From Podarcis vaucheri (taxonomy: Eukaryota), in assembly GCA_965113315.1 (NCBI GenBank), contig OZ220364.1: 64,000 bases of DNA; one strand, 5' to 3'. Of the stretch, positions 11,690 through 23,800 are shown in pieces; the stretch's first letter is position 1, and the number at the start of each line of letters is the position of its first letter. Both the position numbers and the translations under genes were made by a program. The notes below the pieces were generated by a model, which made no database searches, was not told the DNA's origin, and saw nothing but the letters and a program-made list of their open reading frames with translations.

Positions 11690-11915
11690 CAGTGGTACCT
11701 CGGGTTACATATGCTTCAGGTTACAGACTCCGCTAACCCAGAAATTGTACCTCGGGTTAAGAACTTTGCTTCAGGATAAGAACAGAAATCGTGTGGTGGC
11801 GGCGCAGCAGCAGCAGGAGGCCCAATTAGCTAAAGTGGTGCTTCAGGTTAAGAACAGTTTCAGGTTAAGAACGGACCTCCAGAACAAATTAAGTACTTAA
11901 CCCGAGGTACCACTG
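11690..11915. mobile_element. Tigger-like MITE
   Basis: TA|CAGTGGTACCTCGGGTTA...TAACCCGAGGTACCACTG|TA with perfect 18-bp TIRs. Confidence 0.92.
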
Positions 11916-12959
11916 TAATCCCTAAATGAGACAGCGCAGCAAGTAGAGTGAAGGGACCTGCACAAACTCCCCCTCCTTCATGTGTGCACAAATGCCAAGA
12001 TGAAAAAACAACAACAGTGCAATTCTAAAGCTTCCATAATCTTTAAATTACTGCCTGGTCCAATCCATTACACAATCTTTCTGAGTCTGTATGTACTGGC
12101 GGAGGAAGAGGAGTGCAGGGGGAGCGCACTGCCCCCGGCAGCCCGATCCCGGTGGGGTGACATCGCGGCTGCCCCCCTCCGCTCGCGCTGGGCGCGATGC
12201 CCCCAGGACGTGCACCAGCCCCCCGCCTGCTCTCTGCCCCCCCCTGCCCCCAGTGCCAGAGCATGAAGCTTCGTCACTGTCTGTATGTCTCTGCTTCTGT
12301 AGAACCAACAGGGGCAGACAGTACTAGATGTTCCAAGCCCCAAATAACTATGAAGAGAAAGAATTGGGAAGTGAAACTGACCACCAGTACACTATGCCTC
12401 AAAAGTGGCAACAAAGAAAGTAAAAATAAACGGGGGGAAATAAACCAAGACCGCAACCCTATGCACGTGAGAGTCAATAAACCTCACTGTATTTCTGCAG
12501 AGGATTGAGATGCGGTGGAAAAGTTTATTTTTCTGCTAACAGCACACAGGAATTACTTTGCTTTCTTTTGTATTTCAAAGGTTAGATTGCCCCTGAGATT
12601 CTCCCACCTCTTGCTATGAAGGTTTGATCATGTGGAACTGAAAGCAGAGGTGGGTCATTAGCAACGCAGATGAGCATTCTGGTTTGTGTAAATTTTGCTT
12701 TCTGATTACACCCTTTATGAAAATAAAAGCTGCCATAACCTTCCTGGAACAAGAGCCTCTCTCCAGCCAGCTGCTCCAAGTCAACATCACAGAATCTTAG
12801 CAGTTCATTATCACACGATTACTTCAGCTACTTAAGCAGCTATGCACACACTGTCTTTGTTTTGTTGTGAATGAATCGCTTTTCACATGCTTCAAACTGA
12901 TAGGTTTTGAAGCAATGCAAATAAACACTCAAATTGTATCACGAGACCACCTGTTACAG

Positions 12960-13366
12960 ACCACCTGTATACCATTTTCATAATGTTTTCTTTTAAGGCA
13001 CTGCATGCCGTAAATTTCATACCGGTGGTCCATAACCTTTCCCAGTCTTCAGACATAATGTTGTACCCAATGTCTTGTGCCCATTTTGTCATAGCTGATT
13101 TAACTGTCTCATCTTGAGTATTCCATTTAAGCAACAAGTTATACATTCTTGAAAGCACTTTAGTCTTAGGTTCAAGTAATTCTGTCTCTAGTTTTGATTT
13201 TTCCACCTGGAAACCAATTTTCTTATCCTTTTTAAAAACCTCTAGAATTTGGGCATAATGAAACCAGTCTCGCACCTTTCCCTTCAATTTTTCGAAACTC
13301 TGCAACCTCCAAGTATCACCAACTCTTTCTATTAACTCACAATATTTTGCCCAGCCACTCTCCATG
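12960..13366 (-). mobile_element. Internal L1 ORF2 fragment from a different L1 lineage than the full-length copy
   Basis: Translation ...KWAQDIGYNI..WERLWTTGMKFTACSALKENIMKMVYRW aligns to the full-length ORF2 KWARDLGHNI..WSKLWNQGIKFTASVAIRENLEKMIYRW; truncated at both ends. Confidence 0.88.
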
Positions 13367-13513
13367 TTCCAGGATGAGAACAGAAATTGTGCTCCGGTGG
13401 CGCGGCAGCAGCAGGAGGCCCCATTAGCTAAAGTGGTGCTTCAAGTTAAGAACAGTTTCAGGTTAAATACGGGCCTCCGGAATGAATTAAGTACTTAACC
13501 TGAGATACCACTG
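13367..13513. mobile_element. Right half of a Tigger-like MITE (family of 11690)
   Basis: Matches 11770-11915; the left half is missing and the L1 fragment abuts it. Confidence 0.85.
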
Positions 13514-13674
13514 TATAGTACCTTCACTCCAACATAACTGAGCCCTGAGGAAGAATAGGATGCCCTGGCATCACTCGTTGCTTGGAGATTGGGGTTGCAC
13601 TCAACAAGATATATATATATATCCAGCCTTGGGGATTCCACTGTCTTCAGCCAGACAGTGTGTGTGTGTTTGTA

Positions 13675-14522
13675 GATCTACAACCTCTCCTGGACAATGA
13701 CAGTTCTCTTTCTCAAGCTCTGGGAGGAAGACCTTTCATTGCCTACAGACAGCCACCCAATCTTAAACAACTCCTAACCCACAATAATACTACAACCAGA
13801 CTTAACACGGACACTGGCACCAGAGCCTGCAATAAACCCAGATGCCAACTTTGCTGCCACATACACCCGGACAGCACCATTACTGGCCCCAACAACATCA
13901 CACATACCATCTCGGGACTATTCAATTGCTCATCGTCTAACATTGTGTATGCCATCAAATGCCAACAGTGTCCTTCAGCTCTCTATATTGGACAAACAGG
14001 CCAAACCTTACACCAAAGAATAAATGGACATAAATCTGACATCAAGAATCACAAAACAGAGAAACCAGTAGGAGAACACTTCAATCTCCCAGGACATTCT
14101 ATAGAAGATCTCAAAGTAGCTGTTTTACTACAAAGGAATTTCAGAAATAGACTGGAAAGAGAAGCTGCTGAATTGCAACTCATTACCAAACTTAAAACCA
14201 TGGAGAGACCTGGTTTGAACAAAGACATTGGATTCTTATCCCATTATACATGACTAAGCCATTTCTCACCTTCTCACCCCTTGCCTTTTCCTGTAAGACC
14301 TATTACAGTCGTTAAGAGTCGTCAACAGGCTCATCTCAGCTATCTGCCAATCTCCCATTCCCACCACCCTTCTGAGTAATACCCCTCCCCACCTTCTCAC
14401 TATATAGAAGGATCTGGCAACTTCTGTTTCAGTGTATCTGAAGAAGTGTGCATGCACACGAAAGCTCATACCAAGAACTAACTTAGTTGGTCTTTAAGGT
14501 GCTACTGGAAGGAATTTTTTTA
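13675..14522 (+). mobile_element. 5'-truncated Penelope-like retroelement (Neptune-type) with GIY-YIG endonuclease and 3' pseudo-LTR
   Basis: ORF to a stop at 14253 with a Cys-rich linker CNKPRCQLC, then VYAIKC..C..LYIGQT, R, E and GLN motifs; downstream pLTR contains a hammerhead motif. Confidence 0.9.
14434..14471 (+). ncRNA. Minimal type I hammerhead ribozyme in the Penelope pLTR
   Basis: gtat-CTGAAGA-a-GTGTG(catg)CACAC-GAAA-gc-TC-atac. Stem I gtat/atac, 5-bp stem II, very short palindromic stem III (AGCT); predicted cleavage after C14467. Confidence 0.82.
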
Positions 14523-14789
14523 TTTAGGCTAACTCATGGAGCTGGAGCTCAGCCTTTCGGGAGCTGCAGCTATCTATTCCTTTGGCAGAATCTGACGCAG
14601 GATTAGAGGCTGCACTGCCTGCTTTACAAGTCCACCCTCCTCTGTATTTGTAAGTAAACACATATCTGAAAGCATCCTTATCTCTGGATAAGGAAACTGA
14701 CCTTGTGGAGGGAGGTGGAGCCAACTGTCTTTTAGCACTATGAATTAGGGCTGCAAAGCAATGTTTACTTATTCCAACAGCCTGTAAAC

Positions 14790-15039
14790 TAGGGGTCAGC
14801 AAACTTTTTCAGCAGGCGGGTGGTCCACTGTCCCTCAGACCTCGTGGGGGGCCAGGCTATATTTTTGGGGGGGAAATGAATGAATTCCTATGCTTCACAA
14901 ATAACTCAGAGATGCATTTTAAATAAAAGCACACATTCTACTCATGTAAAAGCACGCTGATTCCCAGACCGTCCGCGGGCCGGATTGAGAAGAGGATTGG
15001 GCCGGATCTGGCCCCCGGGCCTTAGTTTGCCTACCCATG
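14790..15039. mobile_element. hAT non-autonomous element
   Basis: Imperfect TIR taggggtcagcaaact/agtttgcctacccatg; perfect 8-bp TSD ctgtaaac. Confidence 0.88.
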
Positions 15040-15422
15040 CTGTAAACTAAAGACAAAAGTTTCCTGACTTAACCAGGCACCACTTTAGACAAGTTGCTCA
15101 TCGTGAAAGCTTAGGCTGGGCCATGCAATGTGAACCATGCGCTGTGTTTAGTATATTTTACATACTCCCCTCTCCAGCACTGGAGGGCTTCACTACATTG
15201 ATGCTGTGTTACAATGACCATAATGGTTAGAATAATAAATACAGACACTGATTTTATTCTATAAAAGAGCAAACAGCAGTTCAGCATCTCAAAGAAGGCT
15301 GCTTTTATTTTCCCCAATCCATTCCATTCAATCGAGACTCCATTCAAGTCTCAGGTTAAAACTGCACACTTCGTATAGGCATCTGGTTGTTGAAATTACA
15401 GGAGCTGCAAAGTGTTCTCAGT

Positions 15423-15438
15423 CCACCAGATGGCAGCA
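15423..15438 (+). promoter_or_regulatory. Candidate CTCF site between the PPM1M and TWF2 promoters
   Basis: CCACCAGATGGCAGCA fits the CTCF core CCASYAGRKGGCRS. Confidence 0.5.
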
Positions 15439-15644
15439 AGACCCCAAAGCAGACTCTGGTCTCCAGTTGTTCAGTGTCCAGCAAAATATATCATGAAATC
15501 CAAGGGAAACCTTTCAACTACTAATGATTGGATTTAATGTCCTGTTCGGTTTGCCTAGCAATGGCACAGAATAATCAGTGCACTCTTTTTTAATTAAATA
15601 AAATATATCAATATTTATTTATTATCATATATTTATTGTTATAT

Positions 15645-15917
15645 AAAGGTAAAGGGACCCCTGACCATTAGGTCCAGTCGTGACCGACTCTGGGGTTGCG
15701 GCGCTCATCTCGCTTTATTGGCTGAGGGAGCTGGCATGCATGTGGCCAGCATGACTAAGCTGCTTCTGGCGAACCAGAGCAGTGCACGGAAACGCCATTT
15801 ACCTTCCCTCCGGAGCGGTACCTATTTATCTACTTGCACTTTGACATGCTTTTGAACTGCTAGGTTGGCAGGAGCAGGGACCGAGCAATGGGAGCTCACC
15901 CCGTCGCGGGGATTCGA
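15645..15917 (-). mobile_element. Sauria SINE, 5'-truncated
   Basis: Reverse complement of the 6073 type from the B-box to the tail. Confidence 0.88.
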
Positions 15918-18318
15918 TAGTCTGTATCTAATTAGTATAATAGGTGCTTTGCTTACAATAAGCACACTTTCCTGGTAAGGGGTGGTATGCTTTGCCACCC
16001 CTTTCAGTGATGTTGTTCAGCTAGTATGAATGTGGTACTAGGGGCAATATGTTCCACTGGTGCTCGAGAGAGTAGTTATCAGTATCAGGAAAAAAATTGT
16101 TGTTTCCAACAACAGCAATAAGAGAATCCTAGAGATACCCCCACTGGGAGAGAGGATGTAAATTCACAGCCTGAAGTAAAGGCATCCTTTAAAAGCAAGT
16201 TTATGAAAATATATTTGACAAAGATACTAACGCGACATCTGAAATTGCACATGCTAAAGTAGTAAAGCACCCTCTGAGACCTTGCCCTAAAAGGTGGAGG
16301 AAGAAATAACTAAAATAATAATAAAATGCCACCTTTCAATAGATAAAACCATGCTCAAAGTGGCTTACAACATGAAAAGATTTATGTAAGTACAAAAGTA
16401 GTCATAAACAACAATCAAAACACATCAAAAAGCACAAGACAAAATTCCCACATAAAGCACAATAAGAGCTAGAAAAAAAGATACAGTAATTATTACAGGT
16501 AGTGAATATTTGTGTGGGGTTCTGTACCTTGCCCCGTGTGCGTCGGTGGAGAACACATAACCCTGCCTTGCCCCGTTATACCCCATTATACCCTGCCCTT
16601 TTCCGGGTTCAAAAGGACCTGCACATCAGCGGTCGCAGGCCAATTGGACACATGCAAAATTGGATCTACCTGTCTCAACAACAACAAATTAACACCCCCC
16701 AAAACAATACTCCAACCCAAGAGTCCAAAGGGCAGCCTTAGCTTTTGTAGTTGGAATCCATCAATCAGGCCTCACCCTCCCAAGCCAGATGGGAAAAAGC
16801 TGACAAGGCAAAGAGCAGGTCTTCCAGGACTCACAGCCAATAGATACAGGCAAAGCCTGCTGTGAGGTGCAAAGCTGTGGCATTAAGGGGGCCATTGCGA
16901 GCATCAGTCTAACTCCCCAGATAACAAAGCTCTCCCGCTTCTATTCTATTCTATCTCCCTACCCCTAGAGAAGACTTTTCACATGTACCTGTGGAGGAAC
17001 CCCAATGCGTCTGCTATGCAATCCCTGTGCATTGCAGATGAAACTGCAGCATATTCTTCTGTAGGGCAGTGGTCTTCAGTTGGCTTGTACTCAATCTGGG
17101 TCATATCCAATCCAATGCTCCATGAACTATCTCTTTTTAAACAAACAGAAAAGAAGATGGAGAGAGAGCATGTCATTTCCTGCCAGAGTACAATGAGAAG
17201 CCCCCTTCCATTCCCCCACATACAGAAGCCAATCAGCCTTGCAGATGGATCGTACTTCAGCACAGGCCATGGGGAGTGCCGTCCACTGTACCTGAAGAGA
17301 GCAGGCTTGGTTACAGGGTGCAGGTACGCACAAGCTGCCCTGTATTTTGAGCCCTTGCCACCACTTGCTCATTGATCTGCCCAGCACCTGCCTGCTATTG
17401 CTCAAACAAATGCTGTAATACAGGAGTGGCCGTGCCAGCATGCATTGCATGAGAATGGCAGCACGTGCCCCTGCATGATGCCTCCTGTTTTGTGTGGCCA
17501 GGTATGTTGGGTTTGCTCTCTGTGTGGCGAGTGAGGCCTACCGGGTGCCCTCATCTATATTGGTAGCCAGATTGAGGCTTTCCTCTCAGTCGGGCACTTG
17601 ACGAAATAGGATTCAGACTTTATATTAGTGTGACAGTACATTTTCCCCACCTCTGTGTAATATGGTGTTTAATGTACTGATTTGATTATCTGACCCTTTA
17701 TAGCTGTTGTTTAACAACTGTAGGTCAACTAGAAACTGCCTTGTATTTGGCAACTAGCAAATGTAGTAATAATGATTTTTTAAAAAATTGTGTTTACAAG
17801 GAGTAAAAAAAGTAGGAAATAACCAAAACAAGCCTCTTAGTCACCCCACCCCACCCCATTCCTCATGGAGCATTGCTGAAGGATAATGCAAGGAAAGGAA
17901 AAAGACTTTAATCCAGGATGCTGCTCCAACACCTGGCATGCATTGCGGATTATATCCATGTTTTTTACGATGATGAAGTTATTATTACTAATACTAATTC
18001 TTATCCTTTGGTGATCACCTGTAGCCGAGTAAGATGAACATGGTCTTAATGGTGAGTCCGTAAGGGACTGCGGAGGCCAATTCTGGATCCACATGTCCTT
18101 CCACAGTGGGGACATAGGTTTCCGGGTGGGAGTTGATCATGGTGGGGGTTTGCCAAACATGCCTTCCTCTTAGCGCGTTTCTCCTTTTCGCTCAGAGTTT
18201 GGGCTTCTTCAAAGTCCATGACACCTTTGATAAAGGCTGTTCTCCAATGGGAGCACTTGCAGGCTCCCATTGTTTCCCAGTTGTTGGTGTTTATGCTACA
18301 TTTTTGAAGACTTGCATT

Positions 18319-18556
18319 GAGCCAGTGTGGTGTAGTGGTTAAGAGGGGTGGACTCGTAATCTGGTGAACTGGGTTCGCTTCCCCGCTCCTCCACATGCAG
18401 CTGCTGGGTGACCTTGGGCTAGCCACACTTCTTGAAGTCTCTCAGCCTCACTCACCTCACAGAGTGTTTGTTGTGGGGGAGGAAGGGAAAGGAGATTGTT
18501 AGCTGCTTTGAGACTCCTTAGGGTAGTGATAAAGTGGAATATCAAATCCAAACTCT
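18319..18556 (+). mobile_element. tRNA-derived SINE (Squam3-like) nested in the RTE LINE
   Basis: GAGCCAGTGTGGTGTAGTGGTTAAGAG A-box head, GGGTTCG B-box, core gggtgaccttgggctag; homologous to 44602-44852. Confidence 0.85.
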
Positions 18557-19331
18557 AAACCTCTTTTGTTGACCACCAGCATTAAGCTTTCAATTTTTAA
18601 AGTTTGGAATGGAGTAGTTGCTTTGGAAGATGATAATCAGGTATCCAAACAATATGATCAGTCCAACGAAGTTGATGTTGAAGAATCATTGCTTCAACAC
18701 TGGTGATCTTTGCTTCTTCCAGTATACTGGCATTAGTTCGCCTGTCTTCCCAAGTGATATGTAATTTTTTTCAGAGGCACCGTTGATGGAACCTTTCAAG
18801 GAGTTGGAGATGGCGTTTATAAGTGGTCCATGTTTTGCAAGCATACAGTAAGGTTGGTAGTACAATAGCTTTATAAACAAGCATTTTGGTTTCCCTGCAA
18901 ATGTCCCAGTCCTCGTACACTCTGCACTTCAGTTGGAGAAAACTGCACTCGCAGAGCTCAGGCAATGCTGGATTTCGGCATCAGTTCTGGCCCTTGTGGA
19001 AAGATAACTGCCCAGGTAGGAGAAGTGATCAATACTTTCCAATGTTACACTATTGAGTTAGATTTGTGGCGCTGCAGAGGGGTTTTTTTGTGCTTTTTGG
19101 TACAGTACTTTGGTTTTTTGGATGTTAAGCGATAGGCCAAGCTTTTTGTAAGCAAAGATATTTGGGATAGTTTCCCCAGATTTGGAGATACTGCAAGCTC
19201 ATCTCTAATTTGTTTTTGCAGGACCTCTGCAGCTACGCGGGAGTTGCAGTTAAGGAGATGCTGATAATGTTATTTCCAATGCAATGCAATAGCTTCTTTA
19301 TCTTTTTGAAGTGTGGTACCGTCTGTTGGGT

Positions 19332-19676
19332 GGGATGTGGGTGGCACTGTGGGTTAAATCACAGAGCCTAGGACTTGCCGATCAGAAAGTCGGTGGTTCA
19401 AATCCCTGCAACAGGGTGAGCTCCCGTTGCTCGGTCCCTGCTCCTGCCAACCTAGCAGTTCGAAAGCACGTCAAAGTGCAAGTAGATAAATAGGTACTAC
19501 TCCAGCGGGAATGTAAACAGCGTTTCCGTGCGCTGCTCTGGTTCGCCAGAAGCAGCTTAGTCATGCTGGCCACATCGGAAGCTGTACGCCGGCTCCCTCG
19601 GCCAATAAAGCGAGATGAGCGCCGCAACCCCAGAGTCGATCACGACTGGACCTAATGGTCAGAGGTCCCTTTACCT
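19332..19676 (+). mobile_element. Sauria SINE nested in the RTE LINE
   Basis: Homologous to the 6073 copy; imperfect ~14-bp TSD tac(c/t)gtctgttg(g/a)g. Confidence 0.9.
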
Positions 19677-19924
19677 TACTGTCTGTTGAGCGTAGGGGAC
19701 AGATGTCATGATTTATTGGCCCATAGATGGTCTTTGTGGCTTTAAAGAAACTGTGCATCATGTGTGTCGGCTAAGTGAGGGATCTCTTGAACTTTTTTAT
19801 ACACTGGGAGTTCTTTAGTTCTCTGGTTCTCCTCAGCCTTAGGACTGGCGTAAGTCCCCCCCCCCCTTAGTGGTGCTGTTTCTATCTCTGTCAGATTATT
19901 ATTAGCATTAGTAATAATACTAAT

Positions 19925-20130
19925 GTGGGATAGCGGTTTGGACTAGGACCTGGGAGACCTGAGTTCAAATTCCCCCTCAGCCATGAAGTTCGCTGGGTGA
20001 CCTTGGTCCAGTCACAATCTCTCACCTCACTGGGTTGTTATGGGACTAAATGAGGCAGGGGTTGTGGAGGGGGAGAAGCGTGTACTGGAAGCTACTGGGA
20101 AGGTTGGCTCTAATAAATGCAATAGATGAG
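19925..20130 (+). mobile_element. Old tRNA-derived CORE/MIR- or Squam3-like SINE
   Basis: gagttcaaatt B-box and ctgggtgaccttgg..cagtcac core; degraded. Similar relics at ~22690-22850 (-) and ~25220-25360 (+). Confidence 0.6.
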
Positions 20131-20209
20131 ACAATGCCTAGTTTGTGCTAGGTAATTTCCACTGCATGCTCTCTCTTTATATATATACAGTACAGTATTC
20201 CGTTTTCCC

Positions 20210-20890
20210 GGAGGGGCTGACACTCAGACACGCCTTGACCCCCCTCCCGCTCCCCGCCAGCCTACAAGGGACGCCCCCGCCCCTCTTTCCTCGACGCCCC
20301 GCCCGCTGCCCCCTCCGCGCTCCCTCCGCCGAAGAGCGGCCCTCCCTCCGGGCGGACCCCGCTCAAGCCCCTCCTGCTCCAGTCGGCAGCAACCCGGAAG
20401 CGGGCGGTGCTGGAGTCGGAGCCGTTTCCTGCCCGGGAGACAAGCGGCCAGGGTGGGATCTGTTGCAGCGGACCTGATCCGGAGCCATGACTCACCAGAC
20501 CGGCATCCACGGTAAGGACAGCGGGGAGCCGCTCACCCCCCCCCTTTGCCTCTGCGCCTGGGCAGCTCCTTGGCGCCCGCCCGGACCCCGAAGGCTGCCC
20601 CGAGCGGCCCGCCGGACGCCAGCAGCCCCTCCACCCGTGCAGCCGCGCCCCGCTCCGGATCTGCCTTTTCTCTGCCCTCCTCGCCCCAGTGCCTTGCTCG
20701 ATGCAGCCTTGCATCTCCCTTTGCAAAGCAGCAGTTAAACGAGCTGGATCCTGTTGTTGTTATTATTATTATTATAATCCCGCTGCCTGTTTGGAAAGGG
20801 ATGCTGCACCAGCGGCGGCGTCTGTTCTGGGGAGGCTTCTGAAGCCCAGGGGCATCCGTGCGAAGGTGGCTGGCTGGCTGGGGGACATGC
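20210..20890. promoter_or_regulatory. CpG island / TWF2 main (2a) promoter
   Basis: CpG-dense, with GC boxes (ccccgcc) and an ETS motif CCGGAAG (~20394-20400) upstream of the ATG at 20487. Confidence 0.8.
20487..20511 (+). CDS. TWF2: Twinfilin-2 coding exon 1 (25 nt): MTHQTGIH(A)
   Basis: Twinfilin N-terminal motif HQTGI; gccATG context; donor G|GTAAGG at 20512; phase 1 joins exon 2 (G+CC = Ala). Confidence 0.93.
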
Positions 20891-23800
20891 CTTGAATTGA
20901 AGGCTAACTGGCTGCCTTGGAGCCTGGAGATCTCGCAGGCTTCTGGTGTTTCGACCTTGCACCCCCCCCCCCAAAGGCAATGAATGCCTCCCTGAAGCAC
21001 CATTTCTCCCAAATGCCTGACTAGCCCGCAGTCACCTGAGAGAATCCATTTTCTTAGGTGCTCGTCCAATGGCTGTAAAGAACACCAGTTTTCCTTAACA
21101 GAGTTTGCACAGTTTACCTGGAGCGGTTGGTTCTGGGTAAAAACTGGTATATTCTTCATAGCCCCTGCTGGCTTTCACTCACCTGGATTTTCCAAAAAAA
21201 CACCACCACCAAATCCCAGTCTGAGGATCATCTTTCCTACCCAGCCCTTAGACCCCACAGCTGCATATGTTCTGAATGACTGTGGGAGCCCTGAAATTCC
21301 TTCAGCACATTCTCTTTTACATGTGATTTTCATATTTGTGCAGCAGCTTCTTTCCTGTAAAAGCTGCAAAGGCACCCCACAGCACTTGTATTGATGCCAA
21401 GGCTGAGACGGCTGCTTCCTGAGCTTGTATTTCTCTGCAAAGGATCTGTAGGTAGCAGCTCTTCTCACCAGAAATGTGTCAGCCTTTCCTCTGCTTCTCC
21501 ATTATCTCTTAACATGTTCGGCTCCGCAGCATGAATCATAATTGCAGGAACCATTTCCCTTTCTGCGTAGCAGGCAGCTCCTTCGCTTCAGTGTTCCTCT
21601 CTGTCTCTGCCTTTAGCTTTCACCCGGTGATCACACAAAAGATAATCACAAACATTAATCTTCTCAGGTTCTTTATGCTTGCTAGGATGTTGCTGAAATG
21701 CAGCACAGGATTGCAGCATAGGATGGCAGTACTTCAGAAGGCAAAGTGATGCAGAATGTACATTACTATAATTCATTAAACAATTTGGTATGATGCATGA
21801 TCAAATTACTGGTAACCATGGGGGGGGGAATTTTCTCTGCCCTTTGTCCTCCTATTTTTAACTTCTTACAAAGAATTTCCATATATAAAATCAGGATGCA
21901 GAATGTCACCCCAGGCCTAATCCAAACCTAGTGTTGTTTCAGTTTTAATCCTACAAAGAAAATGCAGACGTCTCATGTTGCGAAAATCTTTGCAGGCTGC
22001 AATAATCCAAGAGAGATTGATTGCTATGAGGATACAATTTGATATGACAGAGCAGCAAGAAATGTGATTGGAACCAGGATAATTTCTTAAGAAAGCACTC
22101 TGCAAATGCTCTCCTAGGTCATGTTTACACACCCATATTTAACCTTGAACTATTCTTTTGGGTGGGTTGGATCTCTGACGAGGATTTTCAGGGTTATCAC
22201 AAGATTATGTTTCTTAGGAGTGTGATAAAGTGATGACCAGGATTTGTAAAATTAATTCATATTTATAATGTAGAAATACTGTTAAGGTAGGTGTTGGAGT
22301 ACCTGAAGACCTGGCTGAATCAAACATCTGGATTTTACTGTAGGGAACAACTGTATGGGTACTGGTAGCTTTCAAACTTTTAATAACTGTTGTCTTTACA
22401 TGTGTAATTCTGTAGTGGCTGCAGAGATCTTACAATTTCAGTTCATTTAGCAGCAGTAATGAGTTATTGGCCTCTGCAGCCACAACAGATGCTGTGATTC
22501 ACCAGCAGTTTGACCTCACCACCAGAGGTGCACTCCATTGTCTCTTGTAATTTAAGGGTCCTTCATTAGTTTTGGATTAAAATATATCCTTGGATTTGAA
22601 TTAGTTATATGTGGCAAGGAGCATATAGCTGACTCCAGAATGAACTATATTACATTTTTCTTCCACATTTCTTCCCAAGAAGCTCAAGGCAATGCATATA
22701 CTTCTCTCATTTCCCACATCACCTTCTGAATAACCCTTCAAGGTAGCTCAGGCTGAAAAACTGGCCCAAAGGCACCCTGTGGGTTTCATGGCTGAGTGGA
22801 GATTTAGCTTGATCTCATTGGTTCGACTGCAGGTCTTTGACTAGTAGACCACATCATCTGTCACCACACACCTGCTACACACTTGTGTACAATGTCATGC
22901 TTGGAAGTAGATACAGAAGTATCATGGGCCTTCTGCAGTGTGTAGACATCAGGTGTGCTGAATCAACCTTCTGAAACCCGAGAGAGGCTCTTTCTGGGAG
23001 TGGCAGAAATTGTTTGTAGTCTCACACACTGTAGGTGGTGGTCTATTAATTCCAGCATCCTAAGAACAGGACTGGACTTCAGGATATAACTGATTAGAGC
23101 CTTTGCTCTTGTCTGGCATCTTGTTCCATATGCATCATGTCTCTCAGTACAGCTATAGTTGCTTCTGGAATAAAACAGAACTTCTGCATGATCGTGGACT
23201 GATTTTGCACCCTCGGATCCACTCCTTCCTTGTTCTCTTGCTACAGGTCTGTTTACATGATGAAAGTTTGAGTGAGTGGTGTACTGACACCTTGACAACA
23301 CCTTCATCACTTTGTTTGTGCAGTAGATTTTGCAGTTTCCCATAACCGAAAGCAAACCCACAGCAGGTGAAAATGTGGAAGAACAGAGGTTTGCCCACAA
23401 GCTACTGGAATTTATTGCTTGTGTAACCAAACCTGAGGCAAGCCTATTGACTTGGATTAAGAACTGCAATTTAATAGTCCTGTTAACTACAGCATCTTTG
23501 GATTTTTTGTAAATGGGACCTGATGAAATCACAGGCTTGCGTTTTCTTTAGTTATCTAAATACTTTGATGCTTTGCCTGGGGAAGGTTGACTTTGCTTTG
23601 ACATAAGTAATTTTTCTTGTCTCTATTTATTATGTGCTGAAATGTCTCCTAGGGTAGTTGACATATTGTTTTAAATTGCTACAGAAGACGATGCTGTGCT
23701 GTAGCTAGGTAAGGGAAGGGTTCATTTGAGGTTTTGTTCATTGTAAACAAACTGAAGGCAGAGATGGTGGATCGCTCTTCCCCCTATATAGTTTAACTAC

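Larger units (their letters stand above)
17995..19850 (-). mobile_element. Degraded RTE-clade (BovB-like) LINE 3' portion, interrupted by two SINEs
   Basis: Fragments 'TKMLVYKAIVLPTLLYACKTWT..LERFHQRCL' and the C-terminal zinc finger 'CPHCGRTCGSRIGLRS.LRTH'; many frameshifts; boundaries approximate. Confidence 0.85.

Noticed and set aside
22519-22534. CTCF-like ccaccagaggtgcact
   Set aside because: It mismatches the conserved GGC part of the core and is much weaker than the 15423 site.
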